Assembly (NCBI GenBank): GCA_963750165.1
Contig: CAVVPN010000004.1
Location: 256,001 to 320,000 of the forward strand
Reading direction: 5' to 3'
Length of the DNA: 64,000 nt
Source of the DNA: an uncultured Gemmataceae bacterium
Lineage (GTDB): Bacteria; Planctomycetota; Planctomycetia; Gemmatales; Gemmataceae
In this document: one piece after another, positions 9,795 through 20,326 of the stretch
Layout of the letters: the number at the start of each line of letters is the position of its first letter
Numbering within the stretch: position 1 is the stretch's first letter
Position numbers and translations under genes: made by a program
The notes under the pieces: model-generated
The model's database searches: none
What the model was told of the DNA's origin: nothing
Seen by the model: only the letters and a program-made list of their open reading frames with translations

Positions 9795-10376
9795 TCAATG
9801 CCCCAGGACGATGACTTCCTGGCCCGGGTCCACCTTCACTTCCCGAATCGACCGCATCACCGCCCGCTGAAGTTGCCGCTGTTCCCGGTACGTGAGCGGC
9901 ATCGGCGGTTTGAAAAACAGAGCGGCAATCTCGGCGGCCTGCCGGTCAGGCGTCAGTTGCGCCCCCTTGGTCTTCTTCGGCTCCTTGCCGGCCTCGTAGC
10001 CGCGCTCCTTGTCCTTGCTCTTGCGCACAATGATCCAACCGTCGTAGCGGTCGCCGTTCTTCGACAGCACGATGTAGCCGAACTCGTACTTGTCGCTCAG
10101 GTCGTTGAGGATTTTCTCCAGCGTCTGCTCCTTGGCGGTGTAGCTGATCTTGGAGTTGTTGGAGATGCCGGAGACGTTGTCGATCTTGATGCCGAGGCGA
10201 TTGTTGAACTCGCGCTTGATCTCGCCCATGGCCTCCCGCATGGGGAGTTCCTTGAACTCGATCGTGATCTTTTCCTTCAATTTCTTGCGCGTGGCCTTGG
10301 CCGCGGGCGTGTCCTGGCCCAGCAGCGGCCCGGCACAGACGCCGAGCACGATGACGCTTGCGAGAAGACAGCGCAT
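9795..10376 (-). CDS. Secreted hypothetical protein with an STN-like domain
   Basis: Signal peptide; KITIEFKELPMREAM...ISYTAKEQTLEKILNDL resembles STN/N0 domains. Confidence 0.6.
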   Translation of the reverse strand: MRCLLASVIVLGVCAGPLLGQDTPAAKATRKKLKEKITIEFKELPMREAMGEIKREFNNRLGIKIDNVSGISNNSKISYTAKEQTLEKILNDLSDKYEFGYIVLSKNGDRYDGWIIVRKSKDKERGYEAGKEPKKTKGAQLTPDRQAAEIAALFFKPPMPLTYREQRQLQRAVMRSIREVKVDPGQEVIVLGH

Positions 10377-10481
10377 ACTCACTCCTCTCATCAAAAGGAA
10401 ACGCTCCCCCAGCCGCGTTGGTTGCTCATCCTACCAAACCTTGGTCGCGGTTGCCAACCGGTTGGTTCCGCCGCGTTCTTC

Positions 10482-10513
10482 CTCCCCTCGCCCCCTGAAG
10501 GGGGCGCGGGGAG
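10482..10513. repeat. Palindromic element, family C (CTCCCCTCGCCCCC...GGGGGCGCGGGGAG)
   Basis: Hairpin related to the longer copy at 28551-28630. Confidence 0.65.
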
Positions 10514-11737
10514 TCATTTTGTCGGCGCCATCCGCTCCAGTGCCCGCGCCGCCGCCTGTCGCACCGCCTCCTCCGGATCTTTGAGCGCCCGCGTCAGCGC
10601 CGCCGTCGCGGGCTGGGCCGCCGGGCCGAGCTGCCCCAGCGCCCGCGCCGCCCACACCCGCGCGGCCTGAATGCCGCCGCGCAGCAACTTCACCAGCTGC
10701 GGCACCGAGTCCGCAGGGAAACCCTCGCGGTCGATCTCCTCCAGGGCCCGGGCCGCCCCTTCACGCAGCCGCTGCTGGCCCGACGCCAGTGCCTCGAACA
10801 ATGCGGGCGCCGCCAGCACGTTCAGGCCCACCAGCGCCAGCACTGCCCAGTCACGCACCTCGGCGTTGTCGTCGTCGAGGGTTTCCACCAGGGCGGCCAG
10901 CGCCGGCTTCGCGGCCGGGCCGATCTCGCCCAGCACCTCCGCCGCCTCCAGGCGCACGTTCGCGTCCGGGTCGCGCAGCGCCTGCACCAACCCCTTGACG
11001 GCACCCGGCTCGTCATGCGCCAGCGCCCCCAGCGCCCGCGCCACCTGCGTCCGCACCTCGGCGTCCCGGTCCTTGAGCGCCTTGCGCAGCGCCGGCGCCG
11101 CCGCCACGGCCCGGCTGCCCATCTCCGCCAGCGCCTGCGCCGCCGACTGCCGCACACGCGCCTCCTTGCTGCCCAGCGACCGCACCAGCGTCTCGACAAT
11201 GCTCGGATGGATGACGCTCAGCGCCCGCGCCGCCGCCGCCTGCACGTCCTCCTCGGAATCCTGCAACCGCTCCAGAAGGGCCGGCACCGCCTTCTCCGCG
11301 GCCAGCCCGATGTGGCCCAGCGCCACCGCCGCCTGCCAGCGAATGTACTTGGTGGGGTCGGACAGCGCCTGCGTCAGCGCCGGCACCGCTCGCCGCGCCG
11401 CCGGCCCGATGCGACCCAGCGACTCCGCCGCCTGCTGGCGGATGAAGTCCCGGTCGTCCGTCAGCGCGGCGCACAACTTCGGCACGGCGGGACGCGCCCG
11501 GCTGCCGAGCCGGCCCAGCGACTCCGCGGCCTGGCGACGCACCAGCTCGTTCCTGTCGCCCAGCGCCTGCGTCAGCGCGGCCACCGCTTCCCGCACCGAC
11601 GTGCCGCACTGGCCCAGCGCCAGCGCTGCCTGCCGCCGCTGCGCCGCCTGCGGGCCGGCCAGCAGGTCGATCCACTGCCGCGGCGTCTTGTTGTGGGGGA
11701 AGGTTTTTTCGACAGTCGTGCTCGGGCCGGTGGCCAT
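10514..11737 (-). CDS. HEAT/PBS-lyase repeat protein
   Basis: About a dozen AVPALxxALxDxxxxVRxxAAxALGxIG repeats. Confidence 0.9.
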   Translation of the reverse strand: MATGPSTTVEKTFPHNKTPRQWIDLLAGPQAAQRRQAALALGQCGTSVREAVAALTQALGDRNELVRRQAAESLGRLGSRARPAVPKLCAALTDDRDFIRQQAAESLGRIGPAARRAVPALTQALSDPTKYIRWQAAVALGHIGLAAEKAVPALLERLQDSEEDVQAAAARALSVIHPSIVETLVRSLGSKEARVRQSAAQALAEMGSRAVAAAPALRKALKDRDAEVRTQVARALGALAHDEPGAVKGLVQALRDPDANVRLEAAEVLGEIGPAAKPALAALVETLDDDNAEVRDWAVLALVGLNVLAAPALFEALASGQQRLREGAARALEEIDREGFPADSVPQLVKLLRGGIQAARVWAARALGQLGPAAQPATAALTRALKDPEEAVRQAAARALERMAPTK

Positions 11738-12008
11738 GAGTCCTCCGCGGGGTCCAGTCGGGGCTGCCTGGGGGTTCACGTAAAGGCAATATTATGGCAA
11801 ATCGCCGGGGAACCAATGTGGCACCTGGAGTCGCCGGCTGGCGGCGGTTGTCAGAGCAAGGGGGCCAAGGAGGCCAAGGGGGCCAACTTTTTCATACGTC
11901 GAGAATTGGCACCCTGGCTCGCCCGGCCGCGAAACGCCATAGCCCAGTTTTGGGCCGCCGGGTACAATGCCGTGCGCCGGACGCGAACAGAATCTCGGAG
12001 ACGCACGG

Positions 12009-13463
12009 ATGGACACCCCTTACCCATTTCGCCTGCCGCGCATGCTCCTGCTGCTGAGCTGCCTGCCGCTGCTCGTCGGCGGCCTCGCTGCCTGGGAACT
12101 GCATTCCACCCAGTGCAATGCCTCGGAGGTGATGGCCATCAACGCCCGCAGCATGCGCGCCGCCGAGGAGCTGGCCATCGGCATCCGCGACATCCAGGCC
12201 GAGCTGAATCGCTTCCTGGTCAGCGGCGACGCCACCGCCTTCGCGAAAATCACCGCCCTGCGCCGCGACACCGATTACTGGTTGGCGGAGGCCCGCCGCA
12301 CCGCGATCACCGCCTGGGAGGTCCGCCTGATCGACCGGCTCACGCGCGGCTACGAGCACTTCTTCGGCGAACTGGCCCGCCTCGAGCAACAGCCGCCGGG
12401 CGATCAATTGCAGGCCGTGCGCGGCCTGATCGCGCGGCGCGACGACCTGCTCAAGCCGGTGCAGGAATACCTGGATTTCAACGAGGTGGAGATCCAGCGC
12501 ATCAGCGAGGAGAACCGGCAACTCGGCGACCGCATGTCCATTGGCCTGTTGCTGCTGGGCGTGTGTGGGCCGCTGGGCGGGCTGGTGGTGGGCTACTGCG
12601 TGGCCCGGGCGGTCAACCGCTCACTGGTGCGGCTCAGCGTGCCCATCCGCGACGCGGCCGGTAAGCTGGACGAGGTGGTCGGGCCAATCACCGTCTCGAC
12701 CGGCAGGGGCCTGGACGACCTGGAGGCAGTGCTGCGGCAGCTGGCCGGCCAGATCGGAGCGGTGGTGGCACGGCTGCAGCAGAGCCAGCGCGAGGCGCTG
12801 CGGGCCGAACAGCTGGCGGCCGTCGGCCAGATCGCCGCCGGCTTCGCCCATGAGCTGCGCAACCCGCTCATGTCCATGAAAATCCTGGTGCAGGCGGCCG
12901 GCGAGGGCGCCGGTCTGACACCGCGCGACCTCGGCGTGCTGGAGGAGGAGATCACACGGCTGGAGCACCTGACCGCCACCTTCCTGGACTTCGCCCGACC
13001 GCCGCGGCTGGAGCGCCGTCCCTTCCCGGCGCAGGCGCTGCTGGAGGACACCATCGACCTGATGGCCTGCCGGGCTGGCCAGCGCGACGTGCGCCTCGAA
13101 CACGCCTTCCCCGCCGGGTCGCTCTGGGTCGAGGGCGACGCCGGCCAGGTCCGGCAGGTGATGTTGAACCTGCTGCTCAACGCCCTGGAGGCGGTGCCCG
13201 ATGGCGGCACCGTCACGCTGCAACTGACGGCCGAGGAGCCGCGCTGGGTCGCCATCCGCGTCGCGGACACGGGGCCGGGGCTGCCGGCCGGGCTGGAGCA
13301 GGATATTTTCACGCCGTTCGTCAGCACCAAGCCAACCGGGCTCGGTTTGGGGTTGTCGATCTCGCGGCGGATCGTGGAGGCGCACGGCGGCGAACTCACG
13401 GCGGCCGACCAGCCCACGGGCGGCGCGGTGTTTTGCGTGCGGTTGCCCGGCTGTGCGGCGTAG
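12009..13463 (+). CDS. Membrane sensor histidine kinase
   Basis: Two TM helices, H-box AHELRNPL, N-box NLLLNA, DTGPG, FTPF and GLGLGLSI. Confidence 0.92.
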   Translation: MDTPYPFRLPRMLLLLSCLPLLVGGLAAWELHSTQCNASEVMAINARSMRAAEELAIGIRDIQAELNRFLVSGDATAFAKITALRRDTDYWLAEARRTAITAWEVRLIDRLTRGYEHFFGELARLEQQPPGDQLQAVRGLIARRDDLLKPVQEYLDFNEVEIQRISEENRQLGDRMSIGLLLLGVCGPLGGLVVGYCVARAVNRSLVRLSVPIRDAAGKLDEVVGPITVSTGRGLDDLEAVLRQLAGQIGAVVARLQQSQREALRAEQLAAVGQIAAGFAHELRNPLMSMKILVQAAGEGAGLTPRDLGVLEEEITRLEHLTATFLDFARPPRLERRPFPAQALLEDTIDLMACRAGQRDVRLEHAFPAGSLWVEGDAGQVRQVMLNLLLNALEAVPDGGTVTLQLTAEEPRWVAIRVADTGPGLPAGLEQDIFTPFVSTKPTGLGLGLSISRRIVEAHGGELTAADQPTGGAVFCVRLPGCAA

Positions 13464-13479
13464 CGCTGGGAACGCGACG

Positions 13480-14289
13480 CTACGCCGCAAGCGACGGCCT
13501 TGGATAATTCAGAACGCACGCATCTGGCACGACGGTGCGCAGCAGGTACGCCTGCCCCGCACAGGACAGCCGCGTCTGCACGGCGCCGAAGCCGGCGCGT
13601 TCCAGCCGGGCCGTCACCTCGGGCAGCGGCAAATAATGGAAGCGGCCGCGCCGCGCTTTGCGCCGCAGCCAGCGGCCGTGCCGCAGCATCGCCAGCGCAT
13701 TCAGCAGCACTCGCCCCGGCTTCGACAGGCGAAACGCCCCGCCCAGCGACCACCAGAACAATCGCCCGAAGCGCGGCCGCGGCACGTTCACCGAGAACAC
13801 CAGCCGGCCGCCCGGCCGCAGCACGCGCCGCAGTTCCACCAGCAACTGGTTGTAAGCCGCGTCGGTATACTTGCCCGTTTCCGGGTCTCTGGACTCCGCG
13901 TAACTGACGGCCAGCCCCGAGACGACACCGTCAAAGAAAGCATCGGGGTACTGCGGCAGACCGTGACTGAAGTCCGCCGGCACGAAGAGCCACTGGCCCG
14001 GCTTCGGCGACGGGTGCAGCCGCGTCCGCAGCTTGGCCAGCGCCCCGGCGTTGACGGCGTTACAGTCCTGGGCGACGATCTGGGCCAACTGGGCGTGGCC
14101 GCGTCGCCACAGTTCGCCGCTTAGCTGGCCGGAGCCGCAGCCCAGGTCCAGCCAACGTTCGCCCGGCTGTGGGTCGAGCCAGTCGGCCGTGTCGCGCAGC
14201 AGTTCCTGGTAGGGCAGCGCCCAGCGCTGGTCCCAGAAGGCGCGGGCGCGGGATTCGTCAAACCAGTGGTTGGCGTCGGCGTGCGACAT
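13480..14289 (-). CDS. Class I SAM-dependent methyltransferase
   Basis: Motifs WLDLGCGSG, FDGVV and RVLRPGGRL. Confidence 0.85.
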   Translation of the reverse strand: MSHADANHWFDESRARAFWDQRWALPYQELLRDTADWLDPQPGERWLDLGCGSGQLSGELWRRGHAQLAQIVAQDCNAVNAGALAKLRTRLHPSPKPGQWLFVPADFSHGLPQYPDAFFDGVVSGLAVSYAESRDPETGKYTDAAYNQLLVELRRVLRPGGRLVFSVNVPRPRFGRLFWWSLGGAFRLSKPGRVLLNALAMLRHGRWLRRKARRGRFHYLPLPEVTARLERAGFGAVQTRLSCAGQAYLLRTVVPDACVLNYPRPSLAA

Positions 14290-14385
14290 GTGATCCGCTC
14301 TCCGGCGGGGAAGATGGCGTCCGTGCTGGACTCGGAGTATAGCGCAAGGGCGTGGGATAAGGCAAGCGGAAGCGGTCGGCGAGCG

Positions 14386-14450
14386 GTGGCACGGTCAGGA
14401 GACCGTGCCACAACAGTATCCGCACGACAGGCGGGCCGCCTGTCCCACGA
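14386..14450. repeat. Two adjacent short REP-like hairpins
   Basis: GTGGCACGGTC-AGGA-GACCGTGCCAC (14386-14411) and GACAGGCGG-G-CCGCCTGTC-CCAC (14426-14448, GTGG-led on the minus strand). Confidence 0.65.
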
Positions 14451-14458
14451 AAGAAAGG

Positions 14459-16348
14459 TCAGCGCGGCGGTTGCAGCCGGCCCCCGCGCACCTCTTGCAG
14501 GTGCTCGTACAGGATGCGGCGCACCTCCTGCACGGAGCGCGGATGGTGCTGCACGTCCGTGTGGAACGCCGGCACCAGCACCTCCGACGCTGCCCCGTCC
14601 ACGTGGGCACTCGTGTACGGCACCACGCCGTCACTGCTGTCCTTGCCGTGGCCGGTGAGGACGCCGATGATCGAGTGATAGCGGACGCCGGACGGCGCCG
14701 GGCGGTGGGCCAGCAGTTCCAGCGCGGGCGAGCCGGGCGACAGCAGATCGATGCTCGTCGGCAGCTGGTCGGTGTCGCCGCGCATCAGGCCGGGGTTCTC
14801 CTCTCGGGCGTCGCGGGTGGCCGCCAGCAGCCGCTTCGGCAGTTGCACCAGCCGCGACAGCAGCTGCGCCGGCGGCGATGGGCTCAGCGACGAGCCGTGG
14901 TGCGGCGTCGCCAGGAACACCACGCGACGGATGAACGGCTCCTGTTCAAAGTAGAAGATGCGCTGCAGCTCCTCCCGCGTCTCCGGCTGCGCCTTGAGGT
15001 CCACGAACGGCTCCCTGCTGACCAGGCCCCAGAAGTCGTTGCCGCTGTCCTGCGTCAGCAGTTTGCTGACCAGACCGCCCATGCTGTGGCCGACGAACAC
15101 CATCTGATCCAGGGCCGAATCGCGCCGCTGCGGGTCCACGTCGTGCCGCAACCTGTCCAGCGACTGCCGCAGGTCCGCGGCCGTGGCGATGTACGGGTTG
15201 CCGGTCGGATACAGGTAGAACCAGAACTGGAAGTGCTCGCGCAGCACCGGATCGGCCCGCAAATCATTGAACATGGTCGTCCACGTCAGCGGCGACGAGA
15301 ACAGGCCGTGGACCATCACCACCGGAATCTTGCCGGGCTGGTACGGCTCAAACAGATAAATGCCGGTGCGGTGGCGGATGCCGTCGGGCCGCAAAAAGCC
15401 GGTGTACTCGACGCCGTCCAGGTCGCTCTTGCTCAGGAAATAGGCCAGCGGTGTCGTCAGGTCCGTTTCCAGCGGCACGGAGCGGATGCCGACCTGGACG
15501 CTCTGCACCGCCAGCGGGTTGTACAGTTCCAGTTGACCGACGCGGCGCTCGCCCAGTTCGGCGAGGCTGCCCTCAAAGCGGAAGAAGGCGGTAACCGGGA
15601 AGCTGGCCTTGCGCGGGTAGAAGGCATCACCGGGGGCTCTCTGGTCGGTCGCCTGGCGCAGGCCGATGAGCGGGACACCCAGGCCGTAGGTGCGGTGGTG
15701 GTTGGACAGGCCGACGACCTCGTAGTCGGCGCAGAACAGCAGTGGGCCGAACTCCTCGGGCCGCCACAGAAAGTCGTGGTGCTGCACCGAGAGCAGGAAT
15801 TCGCCACCGGCGCAGGGGACGGCGAGCTTCAGGCGCGGGTCGAGCCGGCCGACATGCTGGGCAGCGCGGATGCACTTGGCCAGGCCGTTGTTGTACAGGT
15901 CGCAGGCCAGGCGGAAGCGCGGATCGAAGGCGACTTCAGTCGGGCCAGGGCGGTCGAAGAGGTAATGGTAGGCGTAGCCGGCGCAGAGGTAGTAGAAGGC
16001 GACGGCCTCGCCGTCCTCGCGCTGCTCCAGGTCACGGCCGATCTGGAAGCTGACCTCGGCCAGGGCGAAGAGCAGGTCGGGCTGCGGGTTGGCGACGGCC
16101 AGGCGGTGCAGGCGTTCCTGGGCGGCGCGGCGGTCGCGGCGGTACAGGTTCGCGAGGTCGAGTTGCCGCAAGGTCTGCTGGCTGCGCGCCGACAGCTCGT
16201 CCCTGGAGAAGGCGCTGGCTCGCAGACCGGGGAACAGCGGCGCGTGATCGGTTTCGCGCACGCTGATGCCGCTGCTGCAGCCGGTGAGAGCCAGGCCGAC
16301 AACGCAGAGCGCCAGGAAGCAAGCAGTGAGGGCGGTGCGGCGGGTCAA
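14459..16348 (-). CDS. Lipoprotein alpha/beta hydrolase (esterase/lipase family)
   Basis: Lipobox LTGC, VMVHGL, GHSMGG, ATPHHGS and SDGVVPY. TTG start with GAGGG upstream. Confidence 0.85.
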   Translation of the reverse strand: MTRRTALTACFLALCVVGLALTGCSSGISVRETDHAPLFPGLRASAFSRDELSARSQQTLRQLDLANLYRRDRRAAQERLHRLAVANPQPDLLFALAEVSFQIGRDLEQREDGEAVAFYYLCAGYAYHYLFDRPGPTEVAFDPRFRLACDLYNNGLAKCIRAAQHVGRLDPRLKLAVPCAGGEFLLSVQHHDFLWRPEEFGPLLFCADYEVVGLSNHHRTYGLGVPLIGLRQATDQRAPGDAFYPRKASFPVTAFFRFEGSLAELGERRVGQLELYNPLAVQSVQVGIRSVPLETDLTTPLAYFLSKSDLDGVEYTGFLRPDGIRHRTGIYLFEPYQPGKIPVVMVHGLFSSPLTWTTMFNDLRADPVLREHFQFWFYLYPTGNPYIATAADLRQSLDRLRHDVDPQRRDSALDQMVFVGHSMGGLVSKLLTQDSGNDFWGLVSREPFVDLKAQPETREELQRIFYFEQEPFIRRVVFLATPHHGSSLSPSPPAQLLSRLVQLPKRLLAATRDAREENPGLMRGDTDQLPTSIDLLSPGSPALELLAHRPAPSGVRYHSIIGVLTGHGKDSSDGVVPYTSAHVDGAASEVLVPAFHTDVQHHPRSVQEVRRILYEHLQEVRGGRLQPPR

Positions 16349-16546
16349 GGGTAATCCCTCGCGCCAGGAAAGGTCACTGGCCGCGGAGGATAGCGACCGC
16401 GACGGGTCGGTCAAGGCCGGTCGCGCTGCCGGTTGTTGCGAACCGTCCGTGATTTTTTGACCACTGAGCGGTTGACGCGACCATCCGGTGCTGTTAAAAC
16501 CGTGGAAATGCGCCCACACAAAACCAATAACTCTGGGGAGGCGCCC

Positions 16547-16903
16547 ATGTCGCGCGTGCCCGTGCTGGTGGGGATGGTGATTCTGAGCGGGGTGTTGGTG
16601 GTCGGCGCCGGCCAGGTCGGCGGCGACCCGCCGGTGAAGCCCTCCAAGGTGTCGCTCCCGGCGTACTGGTCGAAGGCTGGCGTGGCAGGCGAACAGAAGA
16701 AAAAGATTTTGCAGGTGCGCGCCAAATACCTCGCTGAGATCGACAAGCTCCGCGCCAAGATCGAAGGCATCAAGAAGGAGATGGAGATCGAGTCGGTCAA
16801 GCTCCTGACCGAGGACCAGAAGGCCTATCTCCGCAAACTCGCGGGGGACAAGTTCCCCGAGGCCAAGAAGACGGAGACCAAGAAGCCAGGCGAGAAAAAT
16901 TAA
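16547..16903 (+). CDS. Small secreted Lys-rich helical protein
   Basis: GGAGG RBS, signal peptide, and EQKKKI...LLTEDQKAYL, a Spy/LTXXQ-like pattern. Confidence 0.7.
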   Translation: MSRVPVLVGMVILSGVLVVGAGQVGGDPPVKPSKVSLPAYWSKAGVAGEQKKKILQVRAKYLAEIDKLRAKIEGIKKEMEIESVKLLTEDQKAYLRKLAGDKFPEAKKTETKKPGEKN

Positions 16904-16960
16904 CGCGCACGGCGCCGCCGCGGGATCGGTTCGCTGTCGATCCGCGGCGGCCGCCGTTCG

Positions 16961-18391
16961 TCATTTGGCGAGCTTGATCTCTGCCCGGGTGAAGCGCAGG
17001 TTGCGGATGCGACCGGCGTCAATCGTGAAACCGGTAACCTGCTTACCGGCGTCACGACGGAAGTGCAGCGTCACGGGCCCGGCGAGCGGCGCGGAAAATT
17101 TGTCTTCTCCGAGCGGCCGCAGGATCGCCTCTCCCTTGCGGTGTCGCATCACTAACTTGCCGTCCTTGACGGCGACGTGGTAGATCGCCTCCAGTTCCGC
17201 GCTGTAGAAATCCCCAGGAAATGCCTGCTGCTGCTCCGGCGACAGGGTAACCGGGTCGCTCTTCTTTGGCGGTTTTTTCGGCTCCTCCTTCGGCGCCGGT
17301 TTCAGCTTGCCTTCCAGGACCACGTCAGCAACCTTGTGTGCCAGGCCGGTGTTCATGTCCGCCCGGTTGGCCAGCACGATCACCGTGCAGCGCTCCTCCG
17401 GGAAGCGCTGCAGCATGGCCCGGTAGCCGGCGTGGGAGCCGCCGTGAGTGACCGTCTTGAGGCCGCGGTAGCTGCCGTGGACCACGCCGCTGGCGTAGGC
17501 GATTTCCTTGCCGTCGTTGAGTTTGCCCTTCTGCAGCATGGCGGCGATCACGTCCTTGCCGCCCACCCTGGCATCGTAGAAGTTCTGGTCCCAGCGCGCC
17601 AGGTCGTCAACCGTGGTGTACAGGGCAGTGGCGCCGGCCATGTCGTAGGCGAGCAGCGCTTGCTCGTAGCCGCCAGGCAGCTGTGCGGCGTAGGAGGCGG
17701 CGGCGTTCTTGATAATCGCGCGATAACCGCTGCGGAACTGCGTGTCCTTCATGCCGAGCGGCTCGAACAGCTTCTCGCGGGCCAGCGACGGCAGCGATTT
17801 CTTGCCGACACGCTCCGCGATCAACCCCAAGAGCGTGTAACCGGTGTTGCAGTACAGGTGCTCGCTGCCCGGATCAAAATTCAGTTCCTTCTGCCGCTTG
17901 ACCAGCCCCAGGAAGTCGTCGCGGGTGATGACGTCCTCCATGCGCCAGCCCGCCAACATCATCAGCTGCGTTTCTTCGCGCAGGCCGCTGGTGTGGTGCA
18001 GCAGGTGGCGGACGGTGATCTTCTTGCCGAAGTCCGGCAGCTCGGGGACGTGCTGGCGCACATCGTCGTCCAGCGACATCAGGCCGGCGCTGACCAGCAG
18101 GTGAATCAGAAACGCCGTGAACTGCTTGGAAATCGAGCCGATCTGGAAGACCGTTTGCGGCGTGATGGGAATGCCGTGCTCCAGGTTGGCCACGCCGAAG
18201 CCGCGCTTGTAAACGACCTTGCCGTCCTTGACGACAGCCACGACGCAGCCGGGCGCGTCCTTGCGGTCGTACTTGGCGAAGAGTTTGTCCACACGGGTGA
18301 AGTCGATGTCCTGCTGCGCGGCCCGCGGCGCGGACGCCGTGAGCGGCACCCACAGCAGGCACAGGGACATCAGGCGGAAGGGTGAACGCAT
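16961..18391 (-). CDS. Serine hydrolase (beta-lactamase class C-like) with a C-terminal extension domain
   Basis: SxxK (SISK), LLHHTSG, YCN and HGG motifs; signal peptide. Confidence 0.9.
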   Translation of the reverse strand: MRSPFRLMSLCLLWVPLTASAPRAAQQDIDFTRVDKLFAKYDRKDAPGCVVAVVKDGKVVYKRGFGVANLEHGIPITPQTVFQIGSISKQFTAFLIHLLVSAGLMSLDDDVRQHVPELPDFGKKITVRHLLHHTSGLREETQLMMLAGWRMEDVITRDDFLGLVKRQKELNFDPGSEHLYCNTGYTLLGLIAERVGKKSLPSLAREKLFEPLGMKDTQFRSGYRAIIKNAAASYAAQLPGGYEQALLAYDMAGATALYTTVDDLARWDQNFYDARVGGKDVIAAMLQKGKLNDGKEIAYASGVVHGSYRGLKTVTHGGSHAGYRAMLQRFPEERCTVIVLANRADMNTGLAHKVADVVLEGKLKPAPKEEPKKPPKKSDPVTLSPEQQQAFPGDFYSAELEAIYHVAVKDGKLVMRHRKGEAILRPLGEDKFSAPLAGPVTLHFRRDAGKQVTGFTIDAGRIRNLRFTRAEIKLAK

Positions 18392-18457
18392 ACGAAACTC
18401 CTTCAAGGGGGGCACCGAGCGCCAGGATGGTTCTGGACAGACGGGCGACCTCCCACG

Positions 18458-18997
18458 TCACTTCTTCGGCCGAAACGCCTTCACCACCGCCTCGTGGGTG
18501 GTCAGGTACGGCCCCTCGATCAAATCGACACAATACGGAATCGCCGGGAACACTGCCAGCAGGCAGTCGCGGATGGCGCTCGGCTTGCCCGGCAGGTTCA
18601 CGATCAACGACTGGCCGCGAATTCCCGCGATCTGCCGCGACAGAATGGCGGTCGGCACCACCTTCAGCGACACTGCCCGCATCTGCTCGCCGAAGCCGTC
18701 CAGCAGCTTGTCGCATACCGCCTCGGTCGCCTCCGGCGTGACGTCGCGCCGCGCCGGGCCGGTGCCGCCGGTCGTCACCACCAGGCAGCACTTCTCCTGG
18801 TCGCACAGCTCGCGTAGTGTCGCCTCGATCACCGGCCGCTCGTCCGGGATGAGCCGCGGCACCGGCTCCCACGGACACGACAGGATTTCGGTCAGGCAGT
18901 CGCGGATGGCAGGGCCGCCCAGGTCCTGGTAAACGCCCTGGCTGGCGCGGTCGGAAACGGTCACGATGCCGATGCGAATGGGGGTGGATGTGCTCAT
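18458..18997 (-). CDS. mog: Molybdopterin adenylyltransferase
   Basis: Motifs VTVSDRAS, TTGGTGPARRDVTPEAT, AILSRQ and NLPGKP. Confidence 0.92.
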   Translation of the reverse strand: MSTSTPIRIGIVTVSDRASQGVYQDLGGPAIRDCLTEILSCPWEPVPRLIPDERPVIEATLRELCDQEKCCLVVTTGGTGPARRDVTPEATEAVCDKLLDGFGEQMRAVSLKVVPTAILSRQIAGIRGQSLIVNLPGKPSAIRDCLLAVFPAIPYCVDLIEGPYLTTHEAVVKAFRPKK

Positions 18998-19115
18998 GGT
19001 GCCTGGCCATCTCTGCATGGCGGGGCGGCGCGGCGCCCCATGTCCGTCGGGAAACGAAATGCTATCATACTGCGCCAAAGCCACCCATGCCCGCGCCTTT
19101 TCCCGGAGGAACGCC

Positions 19116-20321
19116 ATGCGCACCGTCTGGACCTTTCACAGCGCCGGCCAGCTCATCTTCGGCCGCGACGCCGCCCTGCAGCTCGGCGAGGTCGCCGGGC
19201 GACTCGGCCTCAAGCGCGTCCTGCTCGTCACCGACCCCGTCCTGACGAAATCCGGACTGGCCGAGCGCGTCCGCCAGCCGCTGACCGAAGCCAGCGTGAC
19301 CGTCGAGGTGTTTGACGGCGGTGAACCGGAGCCGTCCATGCGGGCCACCGAGGCGTGCGTGGCACAGGCGCAGCAGTTCCGGCCCGATGGCCTGGTGGCG
19401 CTGGGTGGTGGCAGCAACATGGATCTCGCCAAGGCCGCGGCCACGCTCCTGGGCCATGGCGGTGAGCCGCGCGACTACGTTGGCGATGACAAAATCCCTG
19501 GCCCCATCGCGCCCCTCATCTGCGTGCCGACCACCGCGGGCACCGGTTCGGAAGTGTCCGCCGCCGCGGTGCTCACCGACCAGGACCAGCAGATGAAAGT
19601 CGGCATCCTCAGCAATTATCTGCGGCCGCGCGTCGCCGTTGTCGATCCACTGTTGACCGTCTCCTGCCCGCCGAAGGTCACCGCCGACAGCGGCATCGAC
19701 GCCCTGACGCACGCCATCGAGGCCTACACCGCCGTGGACAACGCCGCCTTTCCGCTGCCGCCGGGTGAGCGCCTCGTCTACCAGGGCAAGCATCCGCTGG
19801 GCGACTGCCTCGCGGAAAAGGCGATCACGCTGATCGGGCAATTCCTGCGGCGCGCGGTCCAGCAGCCGGACGACCTGGAGGCGCGCGACGGCATGGCGTT
19901 GGCGGCGATGCTGGCCGGGCTGGCGTTCTCCAACGTCGGCGTCGCGGTGGTTCACGCGATGGAGTATCCGGTTGGCGGGGCGGTCCACTGCTCGCACGGC
20001 CGCGGCAATGGTCTGCTGTTGCCGTATGTGATGCGTTTCAACCTGTCGGCGCGGCCGGCGGAGTTCGCGGCGGTGGCCAGGCTGCTGGGGGAGGACGTGG
20101 CGGAATTGAAAGAATACCAGGCGGCGGAGCGCGGCGTCGAGGCGGTGGAGAAGTTGCGCAACGACATCGGCATTCCGGGTCGGCTGCGCGACCTGGGCGT
20201 CAAGCCGGAGCAGCTGCGCGGCTTCGCGGAGAAGGCGGCGGCCATCAAGCGCATCCTGCGCGTCAACCCGCGGCCGGTGACGGCGGATGACCTGGAGCGC
20301 ATTTACCAGTCCGCGTTCTGA
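19116..20321 (+). CDS. Iron-containing alcohol dehydrogenase family protein
   Basis: Motifs GGGSNMD, PTTAGTGSE, DALTHAIE and HAMEY...SHG. Confidence 0.92.
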   Translation: MRTVWTFHSAGQLIFGRDAALQLGEVAGRLGLKRVLLVTDPVLTKSGLAERVRQPLTEASVTVEVFDGGEPEPSMRATEACVAQAQQFRPDGLVALGGGSNMDLAKAAATLLGHGGEPRDYVGDDKIPGPIAPLICVPTTAGTGSEVSAAAVLTDQDQQMKVGILSNYLRPRVAVVDPLLTVSCPPKVTADSGIDALTHAIEAYTAVDNAAFPLPPGERLVYQGKHPLGDCLAEKAITLIGQFLRRAVQQPDDLEARDGMALAAMLAGLAFSNVGVAVVHAMEYPVGGAVHCSHGRGNGLLLPYVMRFNLSARPAEFAAVARLLGEDVAELKEYQAAERGVEAVEKLRNDIGIPGRLRDLGVKPEQLRGFAEKAAAIKRILRVNPRPVTADDLERIYQSAF

Positions 20322-20326
20322 AAAGA

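Noticed and set aside
11859..11886. Three 9-bp repeats (GGGGCCAAG-like) in the divergent HEAT/kinase gap
   Set aside because: It could be an operator or a repeat remnant, but it is too short and has no other support.
14405..16354. Long antisense and alternative-frame ORFs (also 379..2052, 9087..10670, 32915..34600 and others)
   Set aside because: These are shadows of real genes caused by high-GC codon bias, and they contain no recognisable motifs.
18998..19115. Moco riboswitch upstream of mog
   Set aside because: The region is a short divergent intergenic gap without a convincing multi-stem structure.
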